A stretch of 64,000 nt of DNA from Anaeramoeba ignava BMAN (taxonomy: Eukaryota; Protista; Anaeramoebae). The DNA is taken from contig JAPDFW010000071.1 of the NCBI GenBank assembly GCA_028826165.1, positions 310,001-374,000 of the forward strand, given 5' to 3'. Below are positions 1-12,700 of this stretch, in pieces; position 1 is the first letter of the stretch, and each line of letters begins with the position of its first letter. Under the pieces are notes generated by a model. The model was given only the letters and a program-made list of their open reading frames with translations, ran no database searches and had not been told where the DNA came from. A program made the translations under genes and the position numbers.

Positions 1-2242
1 TGTTTTTGTTGAGCTCTTCATAATATTTGATTGCATTGGAAAAATCTTTAATAATTAAATAACATTGAGCAAGATCTTCCATTGATTTATAATTATTGGG
101 ATCTTTTTCCAAAACAAGACAAAGGACTTTGATTTTTGATTTCGTGTCTTTTTTTTCTTGGTTTTGATTTTCATCTTGTTTTTGATCTTGTTGTTTTTTG
201 TTTTTTGGAACATTTTTTTTGACATTTTTTTTGACAAGTTTTTTGAATTTTGTTGTTTTTGTTGTTTTTGTTTTTGCTTGATCTTCTTCATTTTTTTCGA
301 ATTTCGGTTGTTTTTCTGAAGATGTTCTTCTAATAAGTCTTTGAATTTTTTTATTAGAATACGGTTTTTTTTGGAGAGCATTTGATTTCGAAATTGTTTT
401 TTTTACAAGTGGCGTTTGTTTGTTTTGAACAGAGATTTTAGTTTTAATTGATTTTTTATTTTTTTGATCTTGTTTTTCATTTTTTTCTTGATCTTGATCT
501 TTATCTTTATCTTTATCTTTATTTTGATCTTGATCATTTTGTTGGAATTTTTGTTGTTTTTCTGAAGATGTTCTTTTAATTAATCTTTTGATTTTTTTAT
601 TAGTATTTGGTGCTTTTTTAACTGGATTTTTTACAGTTGATTTTTGATTTTTTTGAGAAGGAGTTTGACTTATTTTAGAAGTTTTGATTTGTTTTTTGTT
701 TTTTATGTTGCTTTGATTTTGGGGGTTTTTTTTAACTTGTTTCTTTTTGATGATAACATTTTTTTGTTTTTGTATTTTATTATTTTTATCATCTTTTTCA
801 ATTTGTTTATCTTTTTTTTTAATTTGATTTTTAATTTGATTATCTTCTTGAATTTGATTATCATTTTCAATTTGTTTATCTTTTTCGAATTTGTTTATCA
901 TTTTCAATTTGTTTTTCAATTTGATTATCTTTTTGAATTTGATTATCTTTTTTTGAATTTGATTATCTTTTTCAATTTGATTATCTTTTTCAATTTTATT
1001 ATCTTTTTCTTCAATTTGATTATCTTTTTCAATTTGTTTATCTTTTTGAATTTGATTATCTTTTTCAATTTGATTATCATTTTCAATTTGATTATCTTCT
1101 TCAATTTGATTATCATTTTCTTCAATTTGATTATCTTCTTGAATTTGATTATCTTCTTTAATTTGATTATCTTTTTCAATTTGATTATCATTTTCAATTT
1201 GTTTTTCAATTTGATTATCTTTTTTAATTTGTTTTTGAATTTGATTATCTTCTTGAATTTGATTATCTTTTTCAATTTGTTTTTGAATTTGATTATCTTT
1301 TTGAATTTGATTATCTTTTTGAATTTGATTATCTTTTTGAATTTGATTATCTTTTTCTCCAATTTGATTATCTTTTTCTTCAATTTGATTATCTTCTTGA
1401 ATTTGATTATCATTTTGAATTTGATTATCATTTTCAATTTGATTATCATTTTCAATTTGATTATCATTTTCAATTTGATTATCATTTTCAATTTGATTAT
1501 CTTCATGAATTTGTTTTTCAATTTGATTATCTTCTTGAATTTGATTATCATTTTCAATTTGATTATCATTTTCAATTTGTTTTTGAATTTGATTATCATT
1601 TTGAATTTGATTATCATTTTCAATTTGATTATCTTTTTCAATTTGTTTTTGAATTTGATTATCATTTTGAATTTGATTATCATTTTGAATTTGATTATCT
1701 TTTTCAATTTGATTATCATTTTCTTTAATTTGATTATCTTTTTTAATTTGATTATCTTCATGAATTTGTTTTTCAATTTGATTATCTTCTTTAATTTGAT
1801 TTTTTTCTTGAATTTGATTATCATTTTCTTGAATTTGATTATCTTTTTCAATTTGATTATCTTTTTGAATTTGATTATCATTTTGAATTTGATTATCATT
1901 TTGAATTTGATTATCATTTTCTTCAATTTGATTATCTTCTTTAATTTGATTATCTTCTTCAATTTGTTTTTGAATTTGATTATCTTCTTCAATTTGATTT
2001 TTAATTTGATTATCTTTTTCAATTTGATTATCTTCATGAATATCTTTTTCAATTTGATTATCTTTTTCAATTTGATTATCTTTTTCAATTTCATTTTGTT
2101 GTTGATTTTCTTTATTTGCTAAAATAGAATTAAGAGTTGTTTTTTTTAAATTTTTTGGAAAATAAGATAAAGAACGAATATAATTTATATGGAAAATCCT
2201 TCTTGGTTGAGGTTTTTCTTTTGAAATTTTTCGAGTAAACAT
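1..2242 (-). CDS. Low-complexity (QIEKDN-type 18-nt repeat) protein with a TPR-like segment; 3' end runs off the window
   Basis: ATG at 2242 (MFTRKISKEKPQPRRIF...). The frame runs through (QIEKDN/QIQKDN)n at ~830-2090, with two compensating 1-nt indels near 950 and 885. It ends in ...VLEKDPNNYKSMEDLAQCYLIIKDFSNAIKYYEEL (TPR-like) at the window edge. Probably absent from the ORF track because no stop is reached. Confidence 0.65.
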   Translation of the reverse strand, partial: MFTRKISKEKPQPRRIFHINYIRSLSYFPKNLKKTTLNSILANKENQQQNEIEKDNQIEKDNQIEKDIHEDNQIEKDNQIKNQIEEDNQIQKQIEEDNQIKEDNQIEENDNQIQNDNQIQNDNQIQKDNQIEKDNQIQENDNQIQEKNQIKEDNQIEKQIHEDNQIKKDNQIKENDNQIEKDNQIQNDNQIQNDNQIQKQIEKDNQIENDNQIQNDNQIQKQIENDNQIENDNQIQEDNQIEKQIHEDNQIENDNQIENDNQIENDNQIENDNQIQNDNQIQEDNQIEEKDNQIGEKDNQIQKDNQIQKDNQIQKDNQIQKQIEKDNQIQEDNQIQKQIKKDNQIEKQIENDNQIEKDNQIKEDNQIQEDNQIEENDNQIEEDNQIENDNQIEKDNQIQKDKQIEKDNQIEEKDNKIEKDNQIEKDNQIQKKIIKFKKIIKLKNKLKMINKFEKDKQIENDNQIQEDNQIKNQIKKKDKQIEKDDKNNKIQKQKNVIIKKKQVKKNPQNQSNIKNKKQIKTSKISQTPSQKNQKSTVKNPVKKAPNTNKKIKRLIKRTSSEKQQKFQQNDQDQNKDKDKDKDQDQEKNEKQDQKNKKSIKTKISVQNKQTPLVKKTISKSNALQKKPYSNKKIQRLIRRTSSEKQPKFEKNEEDQAKTKTTKTTKFKKLVKKNVKKNVPKNKKQQDQKQDENQNQEKKDTKSKIKVLCLVLEKDPNNYKSMEDLAQCYLIIKDFSNAIKYYEELNKN

Positions 2243-2339
2243 TTTAAAAAAAATCAAAAAGAAGAAAAAAAAAATGAAAAAAATTTTTATTTTTTATTTT
2301 TTATTTTTTATTTTTTATTTTTTATTTTTAAATTAAGAA

Positions 2340-4193
2340 ATGGGAAATACAGCTCCTTATAAAGTTTTAACACAAACTGAACTTAGTGAATTACAAGAAA
2401 ACACTAATCTTTCCCAAAAACAAATTATTAGTCTCTTTAAACGTTTTGAAGCGTTAGATAAAGATGATACAGGAATAATTACTTATGATAAACTTTTTTC
2501 AATTCCTGAACTTGTATTTATTAATTAATTTGGAATTTGAATTTGAATTTGAATTTTAATTTTAATTTTATAAATGAATTTTAATTTTAATTTTATAAAT
2601 GAATTTTAATTTTAAAGGCAATGAACCCTTTAGTTTTAAGAGTAATTGGTCTTTTTGATCCAAAAGAGCCAGATCCTGAAAAAATTCAGTTTAATTTTAC
2701 ACAATTTATTCAAACTTTATCAGTTTTTTCAGAAAAAGCAAGCAATGAAGAAAAAATACGTTGTAAACAAAAATTTATTTAAAAATTTATTTAAAAATTT
2801 ATTTCAAAATTTATTTCAAAATTTATTTCAAAATTTATTTCAAAATTTATTTAAAATTTATTTAAAAATTTATTTAAAAATTTATTTAAAGATTTATTTA
2901 AAGATTTATTTAAAATTTAATTTTATTAAAAAATTTATTTAAAGATTTATTTAAAAATTTATTTCAAAATTTATTTAAAAATTTATTTAAAAATTTATTT
3001 AAAGATTTATTTAAAAATTTATTTCAAAATTTATTTAAAAATTTATTTAAAAATTTATTTAAAGATTTATTTAAAAATTTATTTCAAAATTTATTTAAAG
3101 ATTTATTTAAAGATTTATTTAAAAGATTTATTTAAAGATTTATTTCAAAATTTATTTCAAAATTTATTTTAAAAATTTATTTCAAATTTATTTCAAAATT
3201 TATTTAAAGATTTATTTAAAGATTTATTTCAAAAATTTATTTAAAGATTTATTTCAAAATTTATTTCAAAATTTATTTCAAAATTTATTTAAAATTTATT
3301 TAAAATTTATTTAAAAATTTATTTAAAAATTTATTTCAAAAATTTATTTAAAATTTATTTAAAGATTTAAAATTTATTTAAAAATTTATTTAAAAATTTA
3401 TTTAAAAATTTATTTAAAAATTTATTTAAAATTTATTTAAAAATTTATTTAAAAATTTATTTAAAAATTTATTTAAAAATTTATTTCAAAATTTATTTAT
3501 TTAAAAATTTATTTCAAAATTTATTTCAAAAATTTATTTCAAAATTTATTTAAAGATTTATTTAAAAATTTATTTAAAGATTTATTTAAAAATTTATTTA
3601 AAAATTTATTTAAAAATTTATTTAAAAATTTATTTCAAAATTTATTTTAAAATTTATTTAAAGATTTATTTCAAAATTTATTTCAAAATTTATTTAAAAT
3701 TTATTTCAAAATTTATTTAAAGATTTATTTAAAAATTTATTTAAAGATTTATTTAAAGATTTATTTAAAAATTTATTTAAAAATTTATTTCAAAATTTAT
3801 TTCAAAATTTATTTAAAAGATTTATTTAAAAATTTATTTAAAGATTTATTTAAAAATTTATTTCAAAAATTTATTTCAAAATTTATTTAAAAATTTATTT
3901 AAAAATTTATTTAAAGATTTATTTTAAATTTTATTTTAAAATTTAATTTAAAATTTTTAGTTGCTTTTCAAAGTTATGATGTTTCTAATTCTGGATTTAT
4001 TGATAGTGATAATATGAAAAAAATTCTTAAATTTTTTGTTGGTGATTGTTTAAATGAAAAACAAATTTCAGAAATTATTCAAAAAACATTTGAAGAATAT
4101 GATAAAGAAAAAAATGGAAAAATTTCATTTGAAGATTTTCAAAAAATAATTGATATTGATGATATTTGTGATAAAATGACAATTTTAATTTAA
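2340..4193 (+). CDS. Calcineurin B-like / CHP-type EF-hand calcium-binding protein (3 exons: 2340-2513, 2618-2762, 3961-4193)
   Basis: Spliced product MGNTAP...LFKRFEALDKDDTGII...SIPEL/AMNPLVLRVIGLFD...EEKIR/FAFQSYDVSNSGFID...YDKEKNGKISFEDF...DKMTILI. Features include N-terminal MG (myristoylation-like), EF-hand loops and the NPL..R motif of calcineurin B. Introns are GT-AG. Confidence 0.88.
2770..3950. repeat. Intronic 12-nt minisatellite (AAAATTTATTTA / AAAATTTATTTC / AAGATTTATTTA)
   Basis: About 1.2 kb of degenerate tandem 12-mers filling intron 2 of the EF-hand gene. Confidence 0.9.
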
Positions 4194-4475
4194 AATGATT
4201 TATTTTTTTTTAAAAGAAAAAAGAAAAAAGAAAATAAAAAAGAATAATTTTTTTTTAATAATTTTCTTTCTTCATCTTATTAAAAAAAAAACAAGAAGAA
4301 AAAAAGAAAAATTGAAAGAAAAAAAAAGAAGAAGAAAACAAAAAATCGAAACTACCGGATAAACTAAACCAAATAAAAGAAAAATTTCAAATTGAAAATA
4401 AGAAAAAAAGTGAAAAAAAAAGTGTCAAAATGAAAATAAAAGAAAAATTTCAAATTGAAAATAAAAGAAAAACAT

Positions 4476-6245
4476 TCAATAACTACCAACAGAATTTTCT
4501 TTATCGAGATAAACCTGCTGAACAATAAAGTGTGCAATTGGATTATGAAAATGTAAATGAGTAAAAGTGGAATCGAGATCAGTAAAAAAATCAGGATTAT
4601 CTTGAAAAGCTTTAATTTGTTGAATAAAATAAAATTTCAACCAATTTTTGCAAGTGATTAAATCAGAAGAATTAAAAGATGTGATGATGTTGTCAATAAA
4701 TTTCGGTTCAGGGAAATACAAACCAAAAGCGGCAGCAGCCAAAATGCTGGGTTTATATCTGAGACAAGAAGAATCGCGGAGAGCGATATTAATAAGTTCA
4801 CACAAACACCAATAAAGATCATTTGGAAATTTGATACGTTTTTTCAATTTAGAGTAAAATCCGTAGTTTAAGTAACGGTCTTGAAAGAGAATTTGCATAG
4901 GATCATCTTCAATGGATTGCTTGTATTCAAGCACAAGCTCAAGTTCATGTTTGCTGTTTGTGATTTGTGGTAGTTTTTCGATCGGATAAATCCATAGTGC
5001 TTTGTTTATAAAATAAATTAGAAAATCGTGGATTGTCACTGGTGTCAAATCATAGTTAAGTGCGTAAATAATCATTCTCTCCGCTTCTCGCATTCGGTAT
5101 TTGTATTTGGATGTGTTTGTAAAAAACTGCTTGAAAAGTGAAATAACTGGTGGCTGCTCTTCGTGTATTTTGGAAGCGATAAAAACACATGCGTTTAAAT
5201 AAAGTTCAGTTTCTTCCGTTATTTTTTCGCAACTCAATTCAAACAATCTTTGGAAATATTCCACCGATAAATGGAAGGCCTCCTTTGACAAATTTAATGT
5301 GTAGCAAACATATGAAAGTTGATCAACAGAATTGTTTCGGAAAAATGGATCGTTTATTTTTTCAATATTCGTAATTACTTTTCTGTTTGTTTCCTTTTCT
5401 AACATCGTCTCGAGATGTTTCTGTGACAAATCATGCAATGATGAACTTATGCATAATGATGTTATTGGCTGTATGTTTGCTCGTTCTTTTTCTTCCGTTA
5501 TATTTTCCTGGATTGCGTAAATGTCATTTTGACTTTGGCATTTCCGTTTTGGAAGTGATTCAGTATCTTTTTGACTTTTGTGTTCTATTTTTTGAATTGT
5601 ATAAATGTCGTTCTCGCTTTGGAAGTTTCTTTTCTGGCATTCACGTTCTTCTTTTTCAAAAAATTCAACTTCATCTTGACTTTGATGTTCTATTGTTTGC
5701 ATTTCAATTTCAACGTCCTTCTTTTTTGAAATCTGCTTCTTGATAATCGAAAACCTTTTTTTGACTTGTTTGATATCATTCAAACTATGACACATGCTTT
5801 GCTCAACTGATTCTTCTTTTTTGCATTTTTTGGATTGTGTTTTTGGTATTGATTGAATGTCATTTTGGCTTTGGCACTTGCTTTTTTGAATAAACTCAAT
5901 GTCACTGTAATTTTGTTTTTTGCTTTCTTTTGCTGTAAACGTCTGTTTGTCTTTGATTTGTAGTTCTTGTATTTCTTGCTGTTTTTCTTTTTTAGTAAGT
6001 TCAATGTCAAAACTAATGCCAGTATCAACAGTACTTTGAAAAGCTTCAGTTAATAGAGGGTCAAAGTCACTGAAACTATGTATTTTTTTTTGAGAAGACT
6101 TTTTATGATGATGTTTGTGTTGATGGTGATGTTTTTTTTGAAATGTCTTTGTGTTTTTGTGATGTGAATGTAACTTTTTTCCTTTTATTTTTCTTTTTTC
6201 TTGATAATTTAAGAAAGGAGCTGAAACAAAAGTTCCTGTTATCAT
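4476..6245 (-). CDS. Cyclin (divergent, long low-complexity N-terminus), intronless
   Basis: Cyclin-box signatures FRNNSVDQLSYVCYTLNLSKEAFHLSVEYFQR, ACVFIASKIHE, EAERMIIYALNYDLTPVTIHDFL, and C-terminal box LRYKPSILAAAA...LITCKNWL. Confidence 0.88.
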   Translation of the reverse strand: MITGTFVSAPFLNYQEKRKIKGKKLHSHHKNTKTFQKKHHHQHKHHHKKSSQKKIHSFSDFDPLLTEAFQSTVDTGISFDIELTKKEKQQEIQELQIKDKQTFTAKESKKQNYSDIEFIQKSKCQSQNDIQSIPKTQSKKCKKEESVEQSMCHSLNDIKQVKKRFSIIKKQISKKKDVEIEMQTIEHQSQDEVEFFEKEERECQKRNFQSENDIYTIQKIEHKSQKDTESLPKRKCQSQNDIYAIQENITEEKERANIQPITSLCISSSLHDLSQKHLETMLEKETNRKVITNIEKINDPFFRNNSVDQLSYVCYTLNLSKEAFHLSVEYFQRLFELSCEKITEETELYLNACVFIASKIHEEQPPVISLFKQFFTNTSKYKYRMREAERMIIYALNYDLTPVTIHDFLIYFINKALWIYPIEKLPQITNSKHELELVLEYKQSIEDDPMQILFQDRYLNYGFYSKLKKRIKFPNDLYWCLCELINIALRDSSCLRYKPSILAAAAFGLYFPEPKFIDNIITSFNSSDLITCKNWLKFYFIQQIKAFQDNPDFFTDLDSTFTHLHFHNPIAHFIVQQVYLDKENSVGSY

Positions 6246-6773
6246 TTTTTTATTTTATTTTTTAATTTTTTAATTGTAATTTATTGTTGTTTTTGTTGTT
6301 ATTGTTTTTGTTTTTTGTTTTTTTTGAGTATTAGTCACTCTAGATTATAAAAATTTAAAAAAAAAAAAAACCAAAAAAATCAAAAATTAAAAAAAATCAA
6401 AAGTTGATTAATTGATTAATTAATAAAAAAAAAGAAAAGAAAGAAAGAAAGAAAATAAAAAAATGAAAAAAAAAAAATAAAAGCAAAAAAAAAAATAAAA
6501 TAAAAAAAATAAGAATAAGAAAAGATGACTAATTTTTTCTAATAAATAAAAAATAAACATAAAAATAATTTTTTTTTCATTTTAATTTTTTTCATTTTTT
6601 TCTCTTTTTCTTCTTTTCATTTTGTAAGTTTTGTTATTAATTTTTTTACTTTTTCAATTTTAACTTAACAAATTTTAACTTGAAAATTATAAAATTCAAT
6701 TTCTTTTTATATAAAAAAAAATTTTTTTTCATTTTTATATTTTTTTATTTTTTAATAAAAAAAATATATAGTA

Positions 6774-9700
6774 ATGGCAGAGGAATTACTTGATTTTTCA
6801 AAAGAGGCTTTCAATGTCGATTTATTTGATCAAGTTGTTAATACTTTTTATTATGGAACTGGTGAAGAAGTAATAAATCAATTTCTGAATAAAATTAATT
6901 TAAAAATTAATTTAAAAATTAAAATTAAAATCCAAATTCAAATTCAAATTCAAATTAAAATTAAAATTAAAATTAAAATTAAAATTAATATTCATTTAAA
7001 AATCCAAATTAAAATTAAAATTAAAATTAAAATCAAAATTAAAATCCAAATTAAAATCATTTCAAAATTAATATTTAAATTAAAATTAAAATTAAAATTA
7101 AAATTAAAATTAAAAATTAAAATTAAAATTAAAATTAAATTAAAATTCATTTCAAAATCAAAAATTAAAATCAAAATTAAAATTAAAATTAAAATCCAAA
7201 TTAAAATTAAAAATTCATTTCAAATTTAAAATTCATTTAAAAATCATTTCAAATTCATTTAAAATTCATTTAAAATTAAAATTAAAATCCAAATTAAAAT
7301 TAAAATTAAAATTAAAATTAAAATTAAAATTAAAATTAAAATTAAAATTAAAATTAAAATTAAAATTAAAATTAAAATTAAAATTAAAATTAAAATTAAA
7401 ATTAAAATTAAAATTAAAATTTAAAATTAAAATTCATTTAAAAAATCCATTTGAAAAATTAGCAAAATTTAGCTCAAAACTTTCTAACACAATTTCAAGA
7501 ACATCCTGAATCATGGAGAAGAGTTGATGTAATAATTGAATTTAGTCAAAGTAATAACTCAAAATTTTTAGCATTACAAATTCTCGAAAGAACTATTAAA
7601 TATCGATGGAAATCACTTCCTCAAGAACAACAAGATGGAATTAAAGATTATATTTTAAGAGCAATTATGAATTTATCTGAGGATTCTGAAAGATTTCGTG
7701 CAAATAAAATTGTTGTTTCAAAACTTAATCAAAATTTAGTTGAAGTAAATTTTTTTTTATTTGAATTTTTGAAATGAATTTTATTAATATTAATATTAAT
7801 ATTAATAATAATTTTTTTTTTAAGATTGTTAAACAAGATTGGCCAAAAAATTGGTCAACATTTGTTCAAGATATGATTAAAGCTGGTCAAATTAGTCTTT
7901 CAACTTGTGAAAATGTTATGTCAATATTTAAGTTTTTAAGTCAAGAAGTTTTTGATTTTAACAAAGATCAACTTACTACATCAAAAACAACAGAACTTAA
8001 AAATACTTTTCATGATGAAATTTCTAGTATTTTTGAATTTTGTCAATATGTTCTTGAAAATGGTGATGAAAATTCTTTACTTACTGTATTTTTATTTTAT
8101 TATTTTTTCTTTCTAAAAAAAAAAACTAACACGAATTTTTATTTATTTATTTTTGAAAAAAGGCTACTTTAAGTACTTTCTTATCACTTTTAAATTGGAT
8201 TCCTTTAGGATATATTTTCCAAACTAAGATTATAAAACTTTTAACAACTAAAGTAACTTAAAAAAAAAAAACAATTTTTAATTTTTATTTAATTTAAAAT
8301 TTAATTTAAAATTTTTATAAAGTTTTTATCAAATCCAGAAACTTTGGATTTAGCTCTTCAATGTTTAACAGAAATTGCAGGCCTTAAAAGTGAAATTGCT
8401 TTTGATGAAGAATTTATTAATTTGTATCAATTAGCAACACAAACTTTATCCCAACATATCCAACCGACTTCAAATTTTCTTGATATTTATGATCACGGAA
8501 CAGAAAAAGATCGAAATTTTCTAAGAACTCTTTCAATTTTTCTGACAACATTCTTGAAACATCATATCAAGATTCTTGAAAAATCCCCTAAAATTTTACA
8601 AGATGACATCAAAAATTCATTAACAATTATAATTCTTCTCTCAGAAGTATATGATATAGATATGTTTAAAATTTGCTTGGATTATTGGTATTCTTTTGCA
8701 AGTGATTTATTTCACGAAAACAATAGAAACTTCCCAATGTATCGCAATATCCATATCCCGCAACATAATTATTACCACACCAATAGCTATCCCCAATATA
8801 ATAACAGAAACAAAAGCAAAAGAGGAGAATATTACGAGTCTATTCTCTCCAAAGTGAGACTAGTTTTAATTTCCAAAATGGCAAAACCTGAGGAAGTTTT
8901 GGTTGTTGAAGATGATAATGGAGAATTAATTAGAGAATACGCAAAGGATACAGACGCCATCGAATTATACAAATCAATGAGACAGTCATTAGTTCTCCTA
9001 ACCCATTTGAACTACCAAGACACGCAAATAATCATGCTTGAAAAACTCAAAAAAATCAATCCTTACAGTTTTTCATGGAACGATCTTAACACACTTTGCT
9101 GGGCAATCGGTTCCATTTCAGGAGCAATGTCTGGATCAGAAGAAAAAAACTTTTTGGTCAAAGTTATCAAAATGTTATTAAGCTATTGTGAACAAACAAA
9201 AGGAAAAGATAATAAAGCTGTTGTTGCAAGCAACATAATGTATATTGTTGGTCAATATCCAAGATTTCTTAAGACAAATTGGAGTTTCTTAAAAACTGTT
9301 GCAATGAAATTGTTTGAATTTATGCATGAACCTCATCCAGGAATTAAAGATATGTCTTTGCATCATGACCAAAAAGTTATCATAAGAATCAACAATTCTC
9401 ACACTGTTGTTGATTCTATTGGAAACATTATTGATAAGTTAATGAACCAAAACGAAAATATTCAAAAATTTGGAGATTCTTCGGTTCTTTTCCCAAATCA
9501 AAAATTCGAAATTTTAACTGTTAATGAAAATGAAAAGGTGGATTGGAAACCTATTACAGCTTTTTCTCGCCATAAAACTTCTCAAAAATTAATCAAAGTT
9601 TCAACAAAAACTAAAAGATCAACAATTGCCACAAAAAATCACTCTTTTTTACTTCGTGATAAATCTTCTTTAAAACCAATTTTAGGAAGCAATTTAAAAG

Positions 9701-12700
9701 CAAATATCGATAGAATTCCTCTTTTGAAAAAATTGATAATTCCTGATTCCTACTTAATAAAATATGTAGATTTTAATTCAAATTCAAACCAAAATCTTAT
9801 TGAACTTGATTTTCCTCTTGGATTTTTATTTGGAGCTTATTTTAATATTGGCAAAATTGAAGAGAATAAAAATTCCTTAATTTACCAATCTCAACAAAAT
9901 CCAAATTTACTTAAATATTTACAATCATTAATTCAATTCAAATTTGATATTCCAAATTTACAAACAAGTAACTCTTCGACTTCACTGAAAATACTATTCA
10001 AACCTTTAATCAATTTTATTGATCATTTCTCCTCTAAATTTTTCAATTCAATTAATGAGGATAATATTATAAATGAGAAACTAAAATATCCATCATCTTT
10101 GTTCTCTTTGTTGTTATTCTCTCCTTTGAATTTTTTATCAGGATTTTTCAGTGGATTTTATCATTCAAATCAAAATCAAAATCAAAATGTAAATTTAAAT
10201 CAAGAAATTAATATTGAAATTGTTAATGAATCTTTTGATTTTTCTGAAATGCTCCAAATGATTCTTACTCGTTTTAATATTTTATCTCAAATTTCAGACA
10301 AAAATTATTTTGGTTTGAAGATTATTGGAAAAAATTCAATAAGATTTTTGGAAATGATCAAATTAAATCATTTTGTAGATAATGATTTTGAATATACAAA
10401 TTATATGAATGATTTAATTAATTCCAAAATCTTAACAACTTCTAAATTAAATTTACAAGAAGAAACTGAAATTTATAATCAAATACCTTTCAATAATGAA
10501 CAAGAAGTTGCACCTTCATTTTATCTCAAATCAAATAAAAAGGAAGCCAATTCTTTTGGTTCTTCATTAGAATCATCCTATTCAACATATGAAATGAAAT
10601 CTAAATTGATTGAAATGGAAAAAGAATTGGAGCAAATTTCACAAGAATCAAAAAATATTTTAAATCATTTAGAAAATACAAATAACAACAAAAATTGGAA
10701 AATTGATGAAATTGAAAAAGAATACAAGCAAACGAAAGAATATTTGATTAAAAAAATAGGAGAATTGAAACAAGCATTAAACGCAGATGTTTTTTATGAT
10801 TTGATAACAGACATCCAAGAAGTATCGCTTGGAGATGGAGAATATGTTTATGATTTTAGTGTAGAAAGCAACGAAACATTCATGTTATTTAACACAATAT
10901 TTGTTCACAATTCGTGTGATACTTTTTTAAAAATAGCAACAAAATGCAAACTCCAATTTTCTAAAAAGCAAGATGGAGAATCAGACACGTTTGTGGAAGA
11001 TACAATATCAAAACTAAACTTAATAACATCGGATCTTGAAAATCAACAAGTTCTTACATTTTACGAAGCATTGGGAATAATAATTTCTTCAGCAAGAAAA
11101 AGTGAAAAAGAAAAACTTGTTGAAAAATTAATGAATCATCACAACACATCCTGGTCACAATTACTTTCATTATCAAAAAGCGATGAAAACACACTGAATA
11201 ATATTCAGATATGCAAGGATTTGGTCTATATTTTGAGAGCTAATGTGCGAACTTCATCAACAGTTGGAGGAGCTTTTATCCAACAATTCAATTTTATTTA
11301 TGAAGATGCATTATTTCTTTACAAAGCGTTTTCTGTTTTGATCAAGAAAATAATATCATCCGAAGGAACTCAAATTGTGAAAAGTAATCAAATAAGAAAC
11401 ATGAAGGCTGTTAAGAAGGAAATTATCATTTTGATTCAAACTTTTTTCCAAAAATGTGAAGATCCTCAACCTTTAATGGAAGAATTTTTCCCTCGTTTAT
11501 TTGAAGTTATTTTTGATGATTACAAGAATAATTTTCCTGAAGCAAGAATTCCAGAATTGCTTCTTTTCTTATCAATTGTTATTTCTATTCTTCAAACTCA
11601 AATTATTAGTTATATTCCTTCCATTTTTGAATCAACATTTGAATGCACATTAGAAATGATTTCATCAAATTTTGAAGATTTTCCTGATTTTAGATTTAAT
11701 TTTTATAAGTTACTTGAATCAATTAATAAGTTTTCTTTTGATTCTTTATTCATGCTTACTTCACAAAATTTTAAGGTTATTGTTGATAGTATTATTTGGG
11801 CTTTTAAACATACAGAAAGAAATATATCCGAAACTGGATTATCTATTTTATTAGATTTATTTCGTAATGTTTTATTACGTGATGAAATTTTGAATGATTT
11901 TTTCCAAACATTTTATCTATCACTTATTCAAGAAATATTTAATATTTTAACTGATACTTTCCATAAAACAGGTAAATAATTTTAATTTCAATTAATTTAA
12001 AATTTATTTATAAAATTAAATATAAAATTAAATATAAAATTAAATATAAAATTTTTAATTTATAAAATTAAATATAAAATTAAAATATAAAATTAATTAT
12101 AAATTAATTTAAAATTATTTATAAAATTATTTAATAAATTAAATATAAAATTAAATATAAAATTAATTATAAAATTATATATAAAATTATTTATAAAATT
12201 AATTATAAAATTAAAAATAAAATTATTTATAAAATTAAATATAAAATTATATATAAAAATTTATAAAATTTATAAAAATTATAAATATAAAAAATTATTT
12301 ATAAAAATTTTAAAAATAAAATTTAAATATAAAATTATAAATAAAATTATTTATAAAATTATTTATAAAATTAAAATAGGATTTGCTTTATAAGCAGAAA
12401 TTCTTCAATCAATGATTCAAATGGTTAGTTTAAATAAAATTCAAACACCATTATTCAATGTTGCAACAGAATATCAACAAAATGAGCATTATCTTAAATT
12501 GTATTTATTAGAAATGTTAGCAGCAATGTTTCCACATTTAAATCAACCACAAATTGAAAATTTTATTGCAGGAATGTTTGAACTTAATAAAGATTTACCA
12601 AACTTTAAAAATCATTTAAGAGATTTTCTTATTCAATTAAAAGAATTTACAGGTCAAGATAATACTGATTTATTTGAAGAAGAAAAACAACTTCAAAAAC

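Noticed and set aside
644-2122. 492-aa hydrophobic (NLIIFF)n ORF on + and (KLKKII)n ORF 943-2094 on -
   Set aside because: These are antisense and alternative-frame shadows of the 18-nt coding repeat in the minus-strand gene starting at 2242.
12391-12393. Alternative genetic code (TAA = Gln)
   Set aside because: TAA terminates many genes here (4191, 18670, 20237, 48207), and multi-kb exons contain no in-frame TAA while using CAA heavily.
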